DNA of 64,000 nucleotides from a virus. The stretch lies in IMG/VR virus record IMGVR_UViG_3300033978_000477, positions 21,452-85,451 of that record; one strand, given 5' to 3'. A model generated the notes under the pieces. The model was given only the letters and a program-made list of their open reading frames with translations, made no database searches and was not told the DNA's origin. Every line of letters starts with the position of its first letter. The stretch's first letter is position 1. Both the position numbers and the translations under genes were made by a program. Of the stretch, positions 43,586-54,492 are shown in pieces.

Positions 43586-44566
43586 ATGATCTTCGCCCGC
43601 GTCGACGTAGAACTTCGTGACCACGAGAAGGCTCACCAGGCCGGCAAGGCCATGGCTACGTGGACGTGGGCACTGCTCCACACCAGGGCCAAAGAGCTAG
43701 ATGGGTGGGTACCAGACCTCGCCTTGAGGGGGACTTGGGTCGGACCAAAGCAAGGGATGGCCGACATGTTGAAGCTCGTAGAGGTCGGTTTGGCCTCTCG
43801 CGGAGATGGTGGCTTTTGGATACTTGGCTACTCGACTCGCAACGAGACGAAAGAGCAAATTGCTTCGCGAAAACAAGCAGAAGCGGAGCGCAAGGCCAGG
43901 TGGCGAGGCAAGGACGGGAACGCGTCTGTCCCGCCGGGACAAGAAGTTTTTGGACGCGGGACAGACGCTGGTGTCCCTTTGCCAGAGTCAGAGTCAGAGT
44001 CAGAGTCAGAGTCAGAGTCAGAGTCAGAGAAGAAGAAAGAAGAAGATCCCCCTTTTATTCCCCCGGAGGGGTCTGACCCGAAGTTCCGGCTTGAGTCCTC
44101 GACTCAGGCGAAGCGTGGTCGGGCAGCGAAGGGTCCGAAGCCGAAGACTGCACTCCCCGCCGACTTCGGGGTATCCGCGGCGATGGAGTCCATGTGCCGC
44201 GCCGAAGGGCTGCCGAACCCGCATGTCGTCATCCGTGACTTCCGGGACAAGGCCAAGGCGAACGAGTACCGCTACGCCGATTGGGAGGCGGCATTCCGGA
44301 CGTGGATGAGATCCGAAATCACCGCCAGGGCATACCAGGACCGGAGTTGGTTGGCCCCGCAGTCCGCCCAGGATGCCCCACAATCGACTTTCAGGGACCC
44401 CGACGTAGGTCCGGATGGGTTGCCCTTCATCCCCGCGCCACAAGCCGCCCTGGACGCTTTGGCGAAACTGACAGAGCGCAAGCCAGACCCCGAGTTGGAG
44501 GAATGGCTCAAGGGCCCATTCGACCCCCCTGGGGCGGTCAATGACGAAGACGGCGAGGCGGCGTGA
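43586..44566 (+). CDS. Phage replication initiator protein
   Basis: Upstream of DnaB; AERKARWR, (ES)n linker, YADWEAAFRTW DnaT-like C-domain. Confidence 0.7.
   Translation: MIFARVDVELRDHEKAHQAGKAMATWTWALLHTRAKELDGWVPDLALRGTWVGPKQGMADMLKLVEVGLASRGDGGFWILGYSTRNETKEQIASRKQAEAERKARWRGKDGNASVPPGQEVFGRGTDAGVPLPESESESESESESESEKKKEEDPPFIPPEGSDPKFRLESSTQAKRGRAAKGPKPKTALPADFGVSAAMESMCRAEGLPNPHVVIRDFRDKAKANEYRYADWEAAFRTWMRSEITARAYQDRSWLAPQSAQDAPQSTFRDPDVGPDGLPFIPAPQAALDALAKLTERKPDPELEEWLKGPFDPPGAVNDEDGEAA
43983..44030 (+). repeat. (CAGAGT)7 CAGAGA hexanucleotide tandem repeat encoding (ES)n
   Basis: Seen directly. Confidence 0.95.
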
Positions 44567-46002
44567 GCAGCATTGCCCCCTGCGACATCGAGGCCGAGGC
44601 GGCGGTCATCAGCGCGGTCGTTTTGGAGCCGGCGGTGCTGACCAGGATTTCGGTCCTGCGTCCGGAGCACTTTTACTCCGAGGCGCATCGGCGGATATTC
44701 GAGGCGGTCCTGTCGCTGACTGCGGAGAAGCGGAACGTCGATGCGGTGACCATCGTCAGCAAGCTCCGAGAGACGAACCGTCTCGAACAGGTGGGCGGCG
44801 TTGCCTACTTGACAACGGTTCTTGATGCGAGCCCGACGATCCACCATGTCGAGGCTCACGCCGAGACGGTTCACAACCGGTACCGGTCGAGGGTCCTGGC
44901 CCAGATTGGCGAGGGCCTAGCTGCTAGGGCCCGCACCGACATTCACGATCCGCAGTCCGTTGCAGATGGCGCCGAGCGGGCGGTGGCCAAGCTTGCTCGG
45001 GAGTCGTTCAGCTCGAAGGAGATGAGCAACTTGGACCTGCTGAAGCAGATGGTCCAGGAGATCCTCGCCAAGAGCCAGGCCGAGCAGGAGAGCGCCGGTG
45101 GGCGCAAGTACGGCATCCCCTACGGCATCCCGGCGCTGGACAAGGAAACCTTCGGCCTTCACGCGACCCACAAGACCACCATCCTCGGGCTGTCCGGTCA
45201 GGGCAAAACGGCGCTGGCCGTCCAGGTGGCGGTCAACGTCGCAGATCAAGGACTGACGGTCTTGTTCTTCGAGGTCGAGATGACCCGCGGAGAGTTGCTT
45301 CTTCGGATGCTCGCACTGGTTGCGATGGTGGACAGCCAGCGGCTCAAGAACGGCAAGCTGACCCATCCGGAGTGGAGCCGGGTGATGTCGAGTGTCGACC
45401 ATGTTGGCCGGCTTCCGGTGAAGATTGTGGACCGGGAAGACATCCACATCGGCCACGTTGAGAACGTGACAAGGTCACTGGCGAGCAAGCCACTTCGTGA
45501 TGGGGACTCGCCTCTTGGGCTGGTGATTGTCGATTACGTCCAAGCGCTCAACGCTCCTCCGGGGTTTGAGATGCGCCCGAAGTACGACCAGATCACCGAG
45601 TCGACGGCGAGGCTGAAGCGGCTGGCGAAGGCGACGCGAGTGCCGCTCATTGAGCTGGCGCAAACCAAGCAGGACGAGAAGGGCAGCAAGACGCACCCGC
45701 CGAAGCCGGAGCTGTTCGACGTCTCCGACTGCAAGAACATCATCAAGTGGTCAGACGACGCGTTGTACCTCTGGAACCGAGGCAAGATCGACAGCGGCGG
45801 CAAGACGGTTGCTGACCCGAGCGCGCCGACCATCATCGGTCGCAAGCAGCGCGGTGGCCCGAAGTTCGAAGTGGAGTTGGTGCTGGACTTGCCGACGGGC
45901 CGCTTCACCGACCCAAACGACCCAATGCGCGCGGCATCGCGTGACTACGTATCCAACCAAACCGACGACGAAGACAACGAACTGACAAGGGGATTGATAT
46001 GA
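44563..46002 (+). CDS. dnaB: Replicative DnaB-like helicase
   Basis: EAEAAVI..PEHFYSEAHRRIF, GLSGQGKT, FEVEM, IVDYVQ, LAQ, KQRGG. Confidence 0.9.
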   Translation: MSSIAPCDIEAEAAVISAVVLEPAVLTRISVLRPEHFYSEAHRRIFEAVLSLTAEKRNVDAVTIVSKLRETNRLEQVGGVAYLTTVLDASPTIHHVEAHAETVHNRYRSRVLAQIGEGLAARARTDIHDPQSVADGAERAVAKLARESFSSKEMSNLDLLKQMVQEILAKSQAEQESAGGRKYGIPYGIPALDKETFGLHATHKTTILGLSGQGKTALAVQVAVNVADQGLTVLFFEVEMTRGELLLRMLALVAMVDSQRLKNGKLTHPEWSRVMSSVDHVGRLPVKIVDREDIHIGHVENVTRSLASKPLRDGDSPLGLVIVDYVQALNAPPGFEMRPKYDQITESTARLKRLAKATRVPLIELAQTKQDEKGSKTHPPKPELFDVSDCKNIIKWSDDALYLWNRGKIDSGGKTVADPSAPTIIGRKQRGGPKFEVELVLDLPTGRFTDPNDPMRAASRDYVSNQTDDEDNELTRGLI

Positions 46003-46871
46003 GCAAGCAAGCAAGGAAAGAGTGGACGGGCCGGGCGATGTTCTGGAGCGAGGACTTGGCCGATGAGACGGCGTTCCGCAACGGGCTGATGGGCGCGCTG
46101 GTGAACGAGGAGGGGCTCCTTCGTGACACGGACTCAGAGCGTTGCATTGACGACATCGTCAAGCGCGGCGGCATCTTCGTGGAGGTGGCGTGATGGCGGC
46201 GAAGAAGAAGGCAGTGACGAAGAAGGCGAAGGCCAAGCGTGCAGTGGTGACCAAGAGTCTCGATGTGGAGACGTGGGCGGTCGTCGGGAGCACCGACGAA
46301 TGCGTCATCCTTGCCATGTCTGTTACGGAGGCCAAGTTGCACGCCGCGATGGTTCTTGAAATGGGGGCATCCAGTGCGCGTATCTGCCGCGTCCGCATCA
46401 CCGAGGTGACCAAGTGAGCGCGGCGGAGAGCATCGATCCGGCGATGGAGTTCCGCGTCTACGACGCACCGGGCGAGATGACGAGCCTGGAGACGAAGGTG
46501 TGGGCAGCGCGCTACGCCGCGAGCTTTGAGCCGCGAGTCATGTGGGACGACGCTGACCCGTTGCCCTGGGCGGGGATTGCGGAGGACGCCGTCAACGATG
46601 CGAATGCGGCGGTCAATGCGCTGAGGCTGGTGCGCAAGTGAAGGCGCGGTACAGGGGGGCGCCGTACGCAATCGTCAACCAGGACGGAGAATTCTGGACT
46701 GGGTACGCATGGGACGACGAACTCGTCTGCGCACTTCGCTTCGTGAGACTCGCCGAGGCAAGTCGATACGCCATCATCACCGCGTCCAGGTCCGGCGTGT
46801 GGAACGGGGTATCCGGTGAGATCACTATCGGCAAGTTCAGGATGGTCCGGAAGCAGAAGGCTGGCGCATGA
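45999..46871 (+). CDS. Run of four small coupled hypothetical genes (45999-46193, 46190-46417, 46414-46641, 46638-46871)
   Basis: Successive overlapping stop/start codons. Confidence 0.5.
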
Positions 46872-47530
46872 CCCTCACCAAGCAAACCCTACGCGACGCC
46901 CGCACCCTCATCCTGCGGTTGCTGCCGCCAGGCAACCCCATAACGCTCCCGGAGATCGTCCAGGCGCAGGAGGTCATCACCGCGCTGTCGACCGAACTGG
47001 AGTCAATGGTGAGCGCGGAGCGCGGGCGCAAGGTCTTGGAGTGGCGCGTCCGCACCAACCTTGCCCCGACACTCAACCAATACGCGTTCATGAAGACCTG
47101 GCAGCGGATGGCCATCAGAAAGGCGCTGGACGCTGACCTTGCCGGCATCATTGCCAACGTCAAAGACTCGCATGCAGGGAAGCGAGTCCGTTGCCTTCGG
47201 GTAACGCGGTTCACCACGCAACCAAAGACCATCGACGACGTCGCCGCTGACGCCATCGGCGGCAAGATGCCCATCGATTCTCTCGTCAGGCTTGGTGTCT
47301 TCTACGACGACAAGCCCGCGTTCATGGTGCGAGAGGCGCATGTGCTCAAGACCACGAAGGGCAACACCCACTTGCTCTTTGAGGTGTTCGAGACTTCGGC
47401 GGAGGGCGTCCCGTGCGAACCACCGCAAGACGTTCTCCTTCCTGTCGAGATGAAGAAGGAGAAGCGCAAGAAGCTCCCGGCACTGCTCACGGTAAACGGC
47501 AGCCCGGTTCCGACGGCGGTGGTCAAGTGA
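46868..47530 (+). CDS. RusA-like Holliday-junction resolvase-related protein
   Basis: PTLN..DD..GKMPIDSLVRLGVFYDD. Confidence 0.5.
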   Translation: MTLTKQTLRDARTLILRLLPPGNPITLPEIVQAQEVITALSTELESMVSAERGRKVLEWRVRTNLAPTLNQYAFMKTWQRMAIRKALDADLAGIIANVKDSHAGKRVRCLRVTRFTTQPKTIDDVAADAIGGKMPIDSLVRLGVFYDDKPAFMVREAHVLKTTKGNTHLLFEVFETSAEGVPCEPPQDVLLPVEMKKEKRKKLPALLTVNGSPVPTAVVK

Positions 47531-47913
47531 CCGTGGAAGCCATCTGGTCGCCGAAGGGCGAGGACTTGGTTGGCTACCTCGAAGCCTTCCGCTTTCGCGC
47601 GATCCATGAGTTCGAGTTGCAAGCACTCATAGAGAAAGCCTTGAAGCAGACGACCGTTCGATTCGAGCGCGAGGCGCGGCTGTCATCGGCGGACCGAATC
47701 GACTTCCTTGTTCACGGAGCAACGCGCATCGGCATCGAGGTGAAGGTTGACGGGTCGGTGCAGGCGGTCACTCGTCAACTTCACCGGTACGCGCAACTCG
47801 ACACCATCCAAGAATTGGTCCTCTTCACTACGCGGTCGAAACATCGAGGCATCCCGCGTTCCTTCGCCGGCAAACCCATCCACGTCATCCACGCAATGAA
47901 CAGCTTCCTATGA
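47527..47913 (+). CDS. Small PD-(D/E)XK nuclease
   Basis: FEREARL..RIDFLV..IGIEVKVDG..QLHRY. Confidence 0.7.
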   Translation: MTVEAIWSPKGEDLVGYLEAFRFRAIHEFELQALIEKALKQTTVRFEREARLSSADRIDFLVHGATRIGIEVKVDGSVQAVTRQLHRYAQLDTIQELVLFTTRSKHRGIPRSFAGKPIHVIHAMNSFL

Positions 47914-49760
47914 ACCACGGAACCATCACTCACACGGAGAAGGGCTGGAAGATCCAGGCGCCTCCCCACGTCATCATCCGGCTGAAGCGCGTTCTTGCGA
48001 GCACCGCGAAGAAGCACGGCGACAGCATCACCGTCAGCGACACCGACGCCAACGCGCGGGAGTTGATGTGGCTGCTTGAACGCTTCCCGATGAATGTGGT
48101 GGGGAAGGAGTTGCTTGTATCGAAGGCGACTCGCCACAAGGAGCGCGAAGAGTTCTCCGCGAAGCTCTTCAGTGGTCAGATCCAGATGCGGGACTACGAC
48201 CTGGCGCTTCCGCTGCGGGAGTATCAAAAGACCGCCGTCACCCTGGTGCTTGGCAACGGCGGGTTGCTGCTTGCCGATGACCTTGGTCTTGGCAAGACCA
48301 GCGTCGGGATTGCGATGCTGACGGACCAACGGGCAAGGCCTGGGCTGGTGGTCACGCAGACGCACCTGACGCGGCAGTGGACGAGGGAGTTCGGCCGCTT
48401 CGCTCCTGGCCTTCGGGTCCATGTGCTGCGCACCGGGAAGCCGTACGACGTCACCAAGGGGCCAAGCGGTAAGCCTTGCAGGCATCGGTGGGTTGCGGAT
48501 GACAGCGCAGCGGGGCAAGCGCGCTGCCGAACTTGCGACGCATCCAGGGATGACGCGTACCACGGGCGCACCAGCTTGATGCCCGACGTCATCATCACCA
48601 GCTACTCGAAGCTGAGCGGTTGGGCGGAGACGCTAGCTGGAACGGTCAATGGTGTTGTCTATGACGAGGCGCAGGAGCTTCGGTCTGGGAACAACAAGGA
48701 CACCCCTGCGAAGTATCTCGCGGCGCAGAGCATCTCGAATCGTGCGTCGTTCCGCCTCGGACTCACCGGTACGCCCATCTACAACTACGGCGGCGAAATC
48801 TACAGCGTCCTCGACTGCATCAACCCGAAGGCCCTGGGCGAGTGGCCCGAGTTCAGGGACGAGTGGTGTGGTGGTGCTTATGGGGAAGATGCATCCAAGG
48901 TTGGACTGAAGGACCCGCGAGCCTTCGGTACCTACGCGCGCTCCTCAGGGATGATGCTGCGTCGTACGCGGGCAGACGTTGGCCGAGAGTTGCCAGCCGT
49001 ATCGAAGGTCTCTCACATCGTCGATGCGGATGAAGACAAGCTGAACGAGGTCAGTGACAAGTGCGCGGAGCTGGCCAAAGCGATCCTGCGACAGGGAGAG
49101 AAGACCCGCGGCGCGAAGATGCTGGCAAGCGAGGAACTGTCCAACGCCCTGCGACAAGCGACAGGCATTGCGAAGGCGCCAGAGGTGGCGGCGTTCGTGA
49201 AGATGCTGCTTGAAGGCGGAGAGAAGAAGGTCGTCGTCTGGGCCTGGCATCGCGCGGTCTACGACATCCTTCTTGAAGCACTGAAGGACTACAACCCGCA
49301 GATGTATACTGGCAGCGAGACACCGCTACAGAAGGACCGGGCGCGAGCGAACTTCGTCAACGGCGGATCGCGGGTCCTGATCATGTCGCTGCGAAGCGGT
49401 GCAGGTCTTGATGGGTTGCAGGAGGTTTGCCGGACCGGAGTGTTCGCCGAACTTGACTGGAGTCCCGGTGCGATGGAGCAGTGTGGCGGGCGCATTCACC
49501 GCGACGGTCAGGGGGACCCGGTGGTCCTGTACCACCTGATCGCGGAGAGCGGATCAGACCCCATCGTCGCTGACGTTCTCGGGCTCAAGACCAACCAGGT
49601 TGAAGCGCTGAAGAACCCGGAAGGGGATGGCGACTTGGAGCGCCTGCAAGTGGACGAAGGGAGGATCAAGAAGTTGGCTGAGTACTACCTGGCCAGCAAG
49701 GGGGTGAATGTGGAGCAGGTGAAGGCGGAAGTTGTTGAGTTGGAAGAGGAGGTGGCGTGA
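47910..49760 (+). CDS. SNF2-family helicase
   Basis: LLADDLGLGKT, YDEAQ, LTGTPIYN, GAGLDGLQ, ELDWSPG..QCGGRIHRDGQ. Confidence 0.92.
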   Translation: MNHGTITHTEKGWKIQAPPHVIIRLKRVLASTAKKHGDSITVSDTDANARELMWLLERFPMNVVGKELLVSKATRHKEREEFSAKLFSGQIQMRDYDLALPLREYQKTAVTLVLGNGGLLLADDLGLGKTSVGIAMLTDQRARPGLVVTQTHLTRQWTREFGRFAPGLRVHVLRTGKPYDVTKGPSGKPCRHRWVADDSAAGQARCRTCDASRDDAYHGRTSLMPDVIITSYSKLSGWAETLAGTVNGVVYDEAQELRSGNNKDTPAKYLAAQSISNRASFRLGLTGTPIYNYGGEIYSVLDCINPKALGEWPEFRDEWCGGAYGEDASKVGLKDPRAFGTYARSSGMMLRRTRADVGRELPAVSKVSHIVDADEDKLNEVSDKCAELAKAILRQGEKTRGAKMLASEELSNALRQATGIAKAPEVAAFVKMLLEGGEKKVVVWAWHRAVYDILLEALKDYNPQMYTGSETPLQKDRARANFVNGGSRVLIMSLRSGAGLDGLQEVCRTGVFAELDWSPGAMEQCGGRIHRDGQGDPVVLYHLIAESGSDPIVADVLGLKTNQVEALKNPEGDGDLERLQVDEGRIKKLAEYYLASKGVNVEQVKAEVVELEEEVA

Positions 49761-50162
49761 TGAGTGGAGTGGTACCGACACTGGACGAGCTTGATGCGGC
49801 GTACGCGGCGCAGCGCGTCCACAAGCACTCAATGCTTTGGGCGCAGTTTGCAGCCTCGTACTTGCCAACGAGTGGCATCCCGGAGAAAGCAGCCCTACGG
49901 GCCGCAGAAGCAGCGGACGCGATGCTCGAAGAGTGGATCAAGCGCTGGGACACCCCGGCGGGAGTTGATCAATGACCTCCCGCCGCAACTACCTGTTCAT
50001 GGGCGAGGTCGAGGAGACGCTTGAGCGCGCCCGCATCTACGAGAGCAGCGGCGTCGCGTCGGAGAGCGCGGAGCCGTACCGGCCGACCGCTTGCTCCTGC
50101 GCGCCGGGGTTCAGGGGGTACTGCTTTTTTCGGAGTGACGTTTGCGAACTGGAGGTGGGTTG

Positions 50163-50894
50163 ATGAGCACTGATGAGACCGATGAGACGAAGGGCCTGAG
50201 GCTGGAGCAAGCGGTCGCGCTTGCGAATCTGTACAGGGACGAAATGGCTACAACGATGGAACATCGCAACGCCTGGCATGTGGCCGCGGTGGACGCGATG
50301 AACAGCGTCGGACGCATCGCCAAGGAACGCGACGCACTGAAGTCCGAGGTGGAAGACCTTCGGGAGCAGATGAAGCGCGTCCGTGAAGATGCGATGCATG
50401 AGGCTGCGCAGAGGATGGCGCCTACGAGCGTTGAGCTGCTGAACCGCAATGTCCTGCCAGCCTTGCAGGCAACCGTGGACGAGTGCAGGGAGATCCTTGG
50501 TCTTGGTGACTTTGACAGTCTCACGGATGCCGTCCGCAAGTTGGAGTGCCAGCGCGACGACGTCATCGATGCTTGCTGGAATGCGGTCGGCACCACCGGA
50601 AAGGGGAGAACCCTCCCCGCGGCAGTCTTCGAGATGGCCGAAGAGAACAAGCGGCTGAAGGCTGCCAACCACGAGTTGCTCTGCGCGCTCGCAGGGCGCG
50701 ATGTGAAGGACGGTGAAGGCGTTGCCTACGAGGTCCCGGAGATGGTTCCGCGGGCGAAGTACGACGATGCGGTGAAGCAGTTGGGGGAGGCTAATGCGGC
50801 ACTGATAGCGGAGATGCAGAAGACGGCTGCACGTGCGCAGGCGGACGCGCGCGAAGCGAGAGCGTGGGATGAGGCAGAAGGGGTCGCTCCATGA
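50163..50894 (+). CDS. Coiled-coil hypothetical protein
   Basis: RBS GGAGG; heptad pattern. Confidence 0.55.
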   Translation: MSTDETDETKGLRLEQAVALANLYRDEMATTMEHRNAWHVAAVDAMNSVGRIAKERDALKSEVEDLREQMKRVREDAMHEAAQRMAPTSVELLNRNVLPALQATVDECREILGLGDFDSLTDAVRKLECQRDDVIDACWNAVGTTGKGRTLPAAVFEMAEENKRLKAANHELLCALAGRDVKDGEGVAYEVPEMVPRAKYDDAVKQLGEANAALIAEMQKTAARAQADAREARAWDEAEGVAP

Positions 50895-51042
50895 ACGCCA
50901 CGAACTTCTTGAGCGGACTGGTCATCACCAGAACGATACCAGGGGCCCGCTTCGACTGGTGCGCGGTCATCTGGGTGGGCCACTGGGAGCCAAACCAGAT
51001 CACCGCGATGGTTGTCCGGGTCGAGAACACGGCGGACGACCA

Positions 51043-51867
51043 ATGAACGACGAGCCCGGGCTCACGTCCCACCGAAACATCACCGCACTGGTGGCGACGT
51101 ACGAACTGACCAAGCAGCGCATCATTGACGCCGTTGCTTTGCTGGCCGCTGCGGAGAAGGACTGGGACGGCGCGTTCGCGCTCGGCAACGGCATAGGGCA
51201 CCTACGCATCCGTCTCAACGGGCGGCACTCCCATCACTATGTGGACACGAGCCCAGAGTCGATACATGAGGCGCTAACGCTGCTGAAGCGCGACACATGG
51301 TCCGCACTGGTGGACCGGCTAGAGCTTCGCCGGCTGATGAGCATTGAACGGTGGAAGCAACTCCAGAAGGAACTGGAGTCCGGCGACCTGCCGGAGATCA
51401 CCGTCGAGACGGTCTTGGCTTGGGGCAAGCAACAGATTGCGGCACTGCCTACGATGTTGCAGGAAGCGGTGAACGAGGTGTTCGAGTGGCTGCGCCCGCG
51501 GAACACGCGGTATGCGCGCAACTCAGAATTTGAAGTACCTCGCCGCATCGCACTGACTGGCATTGCGCGACTCTGGTTTAGTGATCGCTTTTCGGTAGAT
51601 GAGCATTACAGGCAACACCTGATTGCGCTAGAATCGGTCTTCAACGCACTTGATGGTCGCGGGCAGATTGCCAAGCATCACAAGTCGCTTCTCCAGGTGG
51701 CGATTGAGGAGCGGACGTTGAAGGACAAGCGCGGGGAGACGGACTTGTTCGAGTTCACCGTTCACAAGAACAGCAGCCTTCACCTGACATTCAAGAGGGT
51801 GGACTTGCTGGAGAGGTTCAACCGGATGGCTGGTGGGAAGCGGTTGCGCGGAACGGAGGCGGCGTGA
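51043..51867 (+). CDS. DUF4942-like protein
   Basis: EITVETV..AVNEVFEWL..Y..N..ETDLFEFTVHKNSSLHLTFKRVDLLERFN. Confidence 0.7.
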   Translation: MNDEPGLTSHRNITALVATYELTKQRIIDAVALLAAAEKDWDGAFALGNGIGHLRIRLNGRHSHHYVDTSPESIHEALTLLKRDTWSALVDRLELRRLMSIERWKQLQKELESGDLPEITVETVLAWGKQQIAALPTMLQEAVNEVFEWLRPRNTRYARNSEFEVPRRIALTGIARLWFSDRFSVDEHYRQHLIALESVFNALDGRGQIAKHHKSLLQVAIEERTLKDKRGETDLFEFTVHKNSSLHLTFKRVDLLERFNRMAGGKRLRGTEAA

Positions 51868-51901
51868 GCCGCGTTCCTCAAACAATGGGTGGGAGGTTCA
51901 C

Positions 51902-52453
51902 ATGGGTGACGAGAGCGAATTGACATACGTGAAGTACGCGCGCATCAACGGCGTCAACGGAGAGGAGTGCAAGCCTGGCCAATACAAGGTCATTGACGCA
52001 AAGGACGTCGAGGCGTGGACCACCCAAGGGTGGGCGCTGGTGCACCCATACCAAGACCATGAGGTAATGACCGCACACGAGAGCCAGGCGGTCATGGGAG
52101 TTGGCGGATACCCGACGACCTTGGCAACAACGAAGAGCCATCTGGGGCTCGTGACTCGCTATCTCATTCGCAAGGCGCCAGACGCGGTGCAGGAGGAACT
52201 TCGGGACCGAATCCGGAAGTTGCAGAACGAAGCCGGTTTAGTCGTAGAGCTGCGAAGGCAACTCGCCAACGTGGAAGCCGTGCACAACGAGACCCAGAAG
52301 CGGCTGGAGTCTTCCCAACAGGAAGTCGAGTCTATTCGCAAGGACCGCGAAGCGTTCCGCGCGTCGGCACGCAAGCTTGAGACTGACCTCGGCAAGCTCC
52401 GCGAGGCGATTGGGGCGATGAAGTTCAACGAGATCGTTGGGGTGAAGTCGTGA
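51902..52453 (+). CDS. Coiled-coil hypothetical protein
   Basis: RBS GGGAGG. Confidence 0.55.
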   Translation: MGDESELTYVKYARINGVNGEECKPGQYKVIDAKDVEAWTTQGWALVHPYQDHEVMTAHESQAVMGVGGYPTTLATTKSHLGLVTRYLIRKAPDAVQEELRDRIRKLQNEAGLVVELRRQLANVEAVHNETQKRLESSQQEVESIRKDREAFRASARKLETDLGKLREAIGAMKFNEIVGVKS

Positions 52454-53211
52454 GCATCACCGAAGAGCAACTGACCGCATGGGCCGGCCTGGCGGAGAAG
52501 GCGACGGAAGGGCCGTGGATTGAGGACGACTGCAACGTGTTCTCGGAACCCAGTCTCCGCGCGTCCCAGCAAGCGCGCCTGAACGGCGACGAACCAGTTC
52601 ACGACGGGCTCATCCTGCACATCGACCAGATGCAGGAGCTTTCCGACGAAGACGCATCGTTCATCGCTGCCGCTCGGACTGCGGTGCCTGCGCTGATTGC
52701 GGAGGTGCGGGAACTACAAGGGTCAGTCAAGGCCTTCGAGGAGTGCGAGGCCGCAGACGAGGCGGTTGACGCTGCCGCTGACGCGCTGGTGCGTAGCGAG
52801 AACGACGCCATCATCCGAGAGTTGCTTGGCCCATGCTGGAACCACCTATGGGGATGGGAGTTGGAGCGCATCGGTTCGGTCGTAGACATCATCCGAAAGC
52901 GACTGGAGAAGGCGGAGCAAGAGAAGGACGACCAATTGCACCGCGCCGAAGGCTACCTGGAGCAACTCCAGAATTCTGTCTTGTGGCCGTACGACGACTG
53001 CCCATTCGATGCTGCCGCAGTGCGGGAGTTGCTGGCGGAGAACAATCGTCTACGTGGGCGCGTCGAAGAGTTGGAGGCGGAAGGCCTCGTCCAAGTCTGC
53101 CCAGGCTGCCACGCCGTGGCGCCGGAGCGCTGTCTGCCTGGGTGCATCGACGCGGAGATCGCGGCCGAACGTCGGGAAGACGAAGACCTTGGGCCGGTGA
53201 GTGAGCGATGA
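52450..53211 (+). CDS. Ead/Ea22-like protein
   Basis: AEKATEGPW..DASFIAAARTAVPALIAEVREL. Confidence 0.6.
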   Translation: MSITEEQLTAWAGLAEKATEGPWIEDDCNVFSEPSLRASQQARLNGDEPVHDGLILHIDQMQELSDEDASFIAAARTAVPALIAEVRELQGSVKAFEECEAADEAVDAAADALVRSENDAIIRELLGPCWNHLWGWELERIGSVVDIIRKRLEKAEQEKDDQLHRAEGYLEQLQNSVLWPYDDCPFDAAAVRELLAENNRLRGRVEELEAEGLVQVCPGCHAVAPERCLPGCIDAEIAAERREDEDLGPVSER

Positions 53212-53431
53212 ACAGGCGACGAATCCTCCCGGAAGCGGCCTACGACTTCTGGGCTGAAGATGGGTACGACGGCGAGAAAGGCCCAGTTCGTGACTCGCTC
53301 GCCCATGCGAGGAGCGATGCGAAGGTCTGGCGCGCGGACTCCGTCAAATGGAAACGCTGCCGCATCAAAGTCTGGTGGCGTGTCAACGAGCGGAAGGTGC
53401 TGGCGCTTTTGAACCACACGGACCGAGCCTG

Positions 53432-53866
53432 ATGCCCATCCGCAAATCCCAACGCCACCTGTACCCGAAGGACTGGCCGGCAATCCGCGAGCGCATCCTT
53501 CTCCGCGCTGGCAATGCCTGCGAGCAATGCCGCGTTCCCAACCACGCCATCATCTGTCGAGGCGAGGGAAGCGACGCAGGCACGTACATGATGGAAGACG
53601 GTGAGGTTCGCGACGAAGAGACCGGCGAATACCAGTACTACGCGCGAGGGTCAGAGTACGAGGGGAGGGTCATCGCCGTCGTTCTGACGTGTGCCCACTT
53701 CGACCATGACCCCACCAACAACCATGATGGCAACCTGCGGGCTTGGTGCCAGTTGCACCACCTGAGGCACGACAAGGAACAACACGCACGCAACGCCGCT
53801 GCAACGCGAGCGCGAAAACGAGACGAAGAGACGGGGCAACAGACGATGTTTGGAGACGACCAATGA
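53432..53866 (+). CDS. HNH endonuclease-like protein
   Basis: YPKDWPAIR..CEQC..LTCAHFDHDPTNN..NLRAWCQLHHLRHD; ends QQTMF. Confidence 0.8.
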   Translation: MPIRKSQRHLYPKDWPAIRERILLRAGNACEQCRVPNHAIICRGEGSDAGTYMMEDGEVRDEETGEYQYYARGSEYEGRVIAVVLTCAHFDHDPTNNHDGNLRAWCQLHHLRHDKEQHARNAAATRARKRDEETGQQTMFGDDQ

Positions 53867-54492
53867 CAGACAAGAATGATGACCAGGACATGCCTCCGCA
53901 GGTGGACAACATTCTAGATGCCCAACCCATCCCCGGGGTCCACATCACAACGATCATGGCCGGCCAGGCCATGAACGGGTCGACCTTCACCACTGGAGGA
54001 TCAGCCAAGGCGACACCCGACATGGTGAACCACCCGCCGCACTACGCGACGCATCCAAGCGGGGTTGAGGCAATCGAGATCCGCGAGGGGATGCGATGCC
54101 CTCTCGCGGATGCCTTCAAGTACCTCTTTCGGCGCGATGGCAAGGGGGCGCCGGTGGATGACTTGAGGAAGGCGGTTTGGTACATGCGAAGAAACCTCGG
54201 TGCGAGGCGGGGAATTCCGAAGCCGTTCGACGATGTGACGAGCGATGCTTTTTGGGGCAACTGCGAGCCAAGGCCAGGCCCGAATAGGGCTCGGTTGAGC
54301 GAGACCATTCGCCTTACCAGGCTGGTACTGGACTTCGAGCGCAAGGGGGACATTGCGAGCGCGATGGGTCTTGTTGTCCGCGCGCACGTGTTCGACTCGC
54401 TAGGGAGACGGTACGAGTCGGACGATGACTTGGAGTGCGCCATCATCCTGGTTGAGCGAGAGATTGCAGAGCGGACCAAGGGGGCCGCATGA
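53863..54492 (+). CDS. DUF3310 (nucleotide-kinase-like) protein
   Basis: DMVNHPPHY..GVEAIE..KYLFR..K..DDLRKAVWY. Confidence 0.8.
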   Translation: MTDKNDDQDMPPQVDNILDAQPIPGVHITTIMAGQAMNGSTFTTGGSAKATPDMVNHPPHYATHPSGVEAIEIREGMRCPLADAFKYLFRRDGKGAPVDDLRKAVWYMRRNLGARRGIPKPFDDVTSDAFWGNCEPRPGPNRARLSETIRLTRLVLDFERKGDIASAMGLVVRAHVFDSLGRRYESDDDLECAIILVEREIAERTKGAA

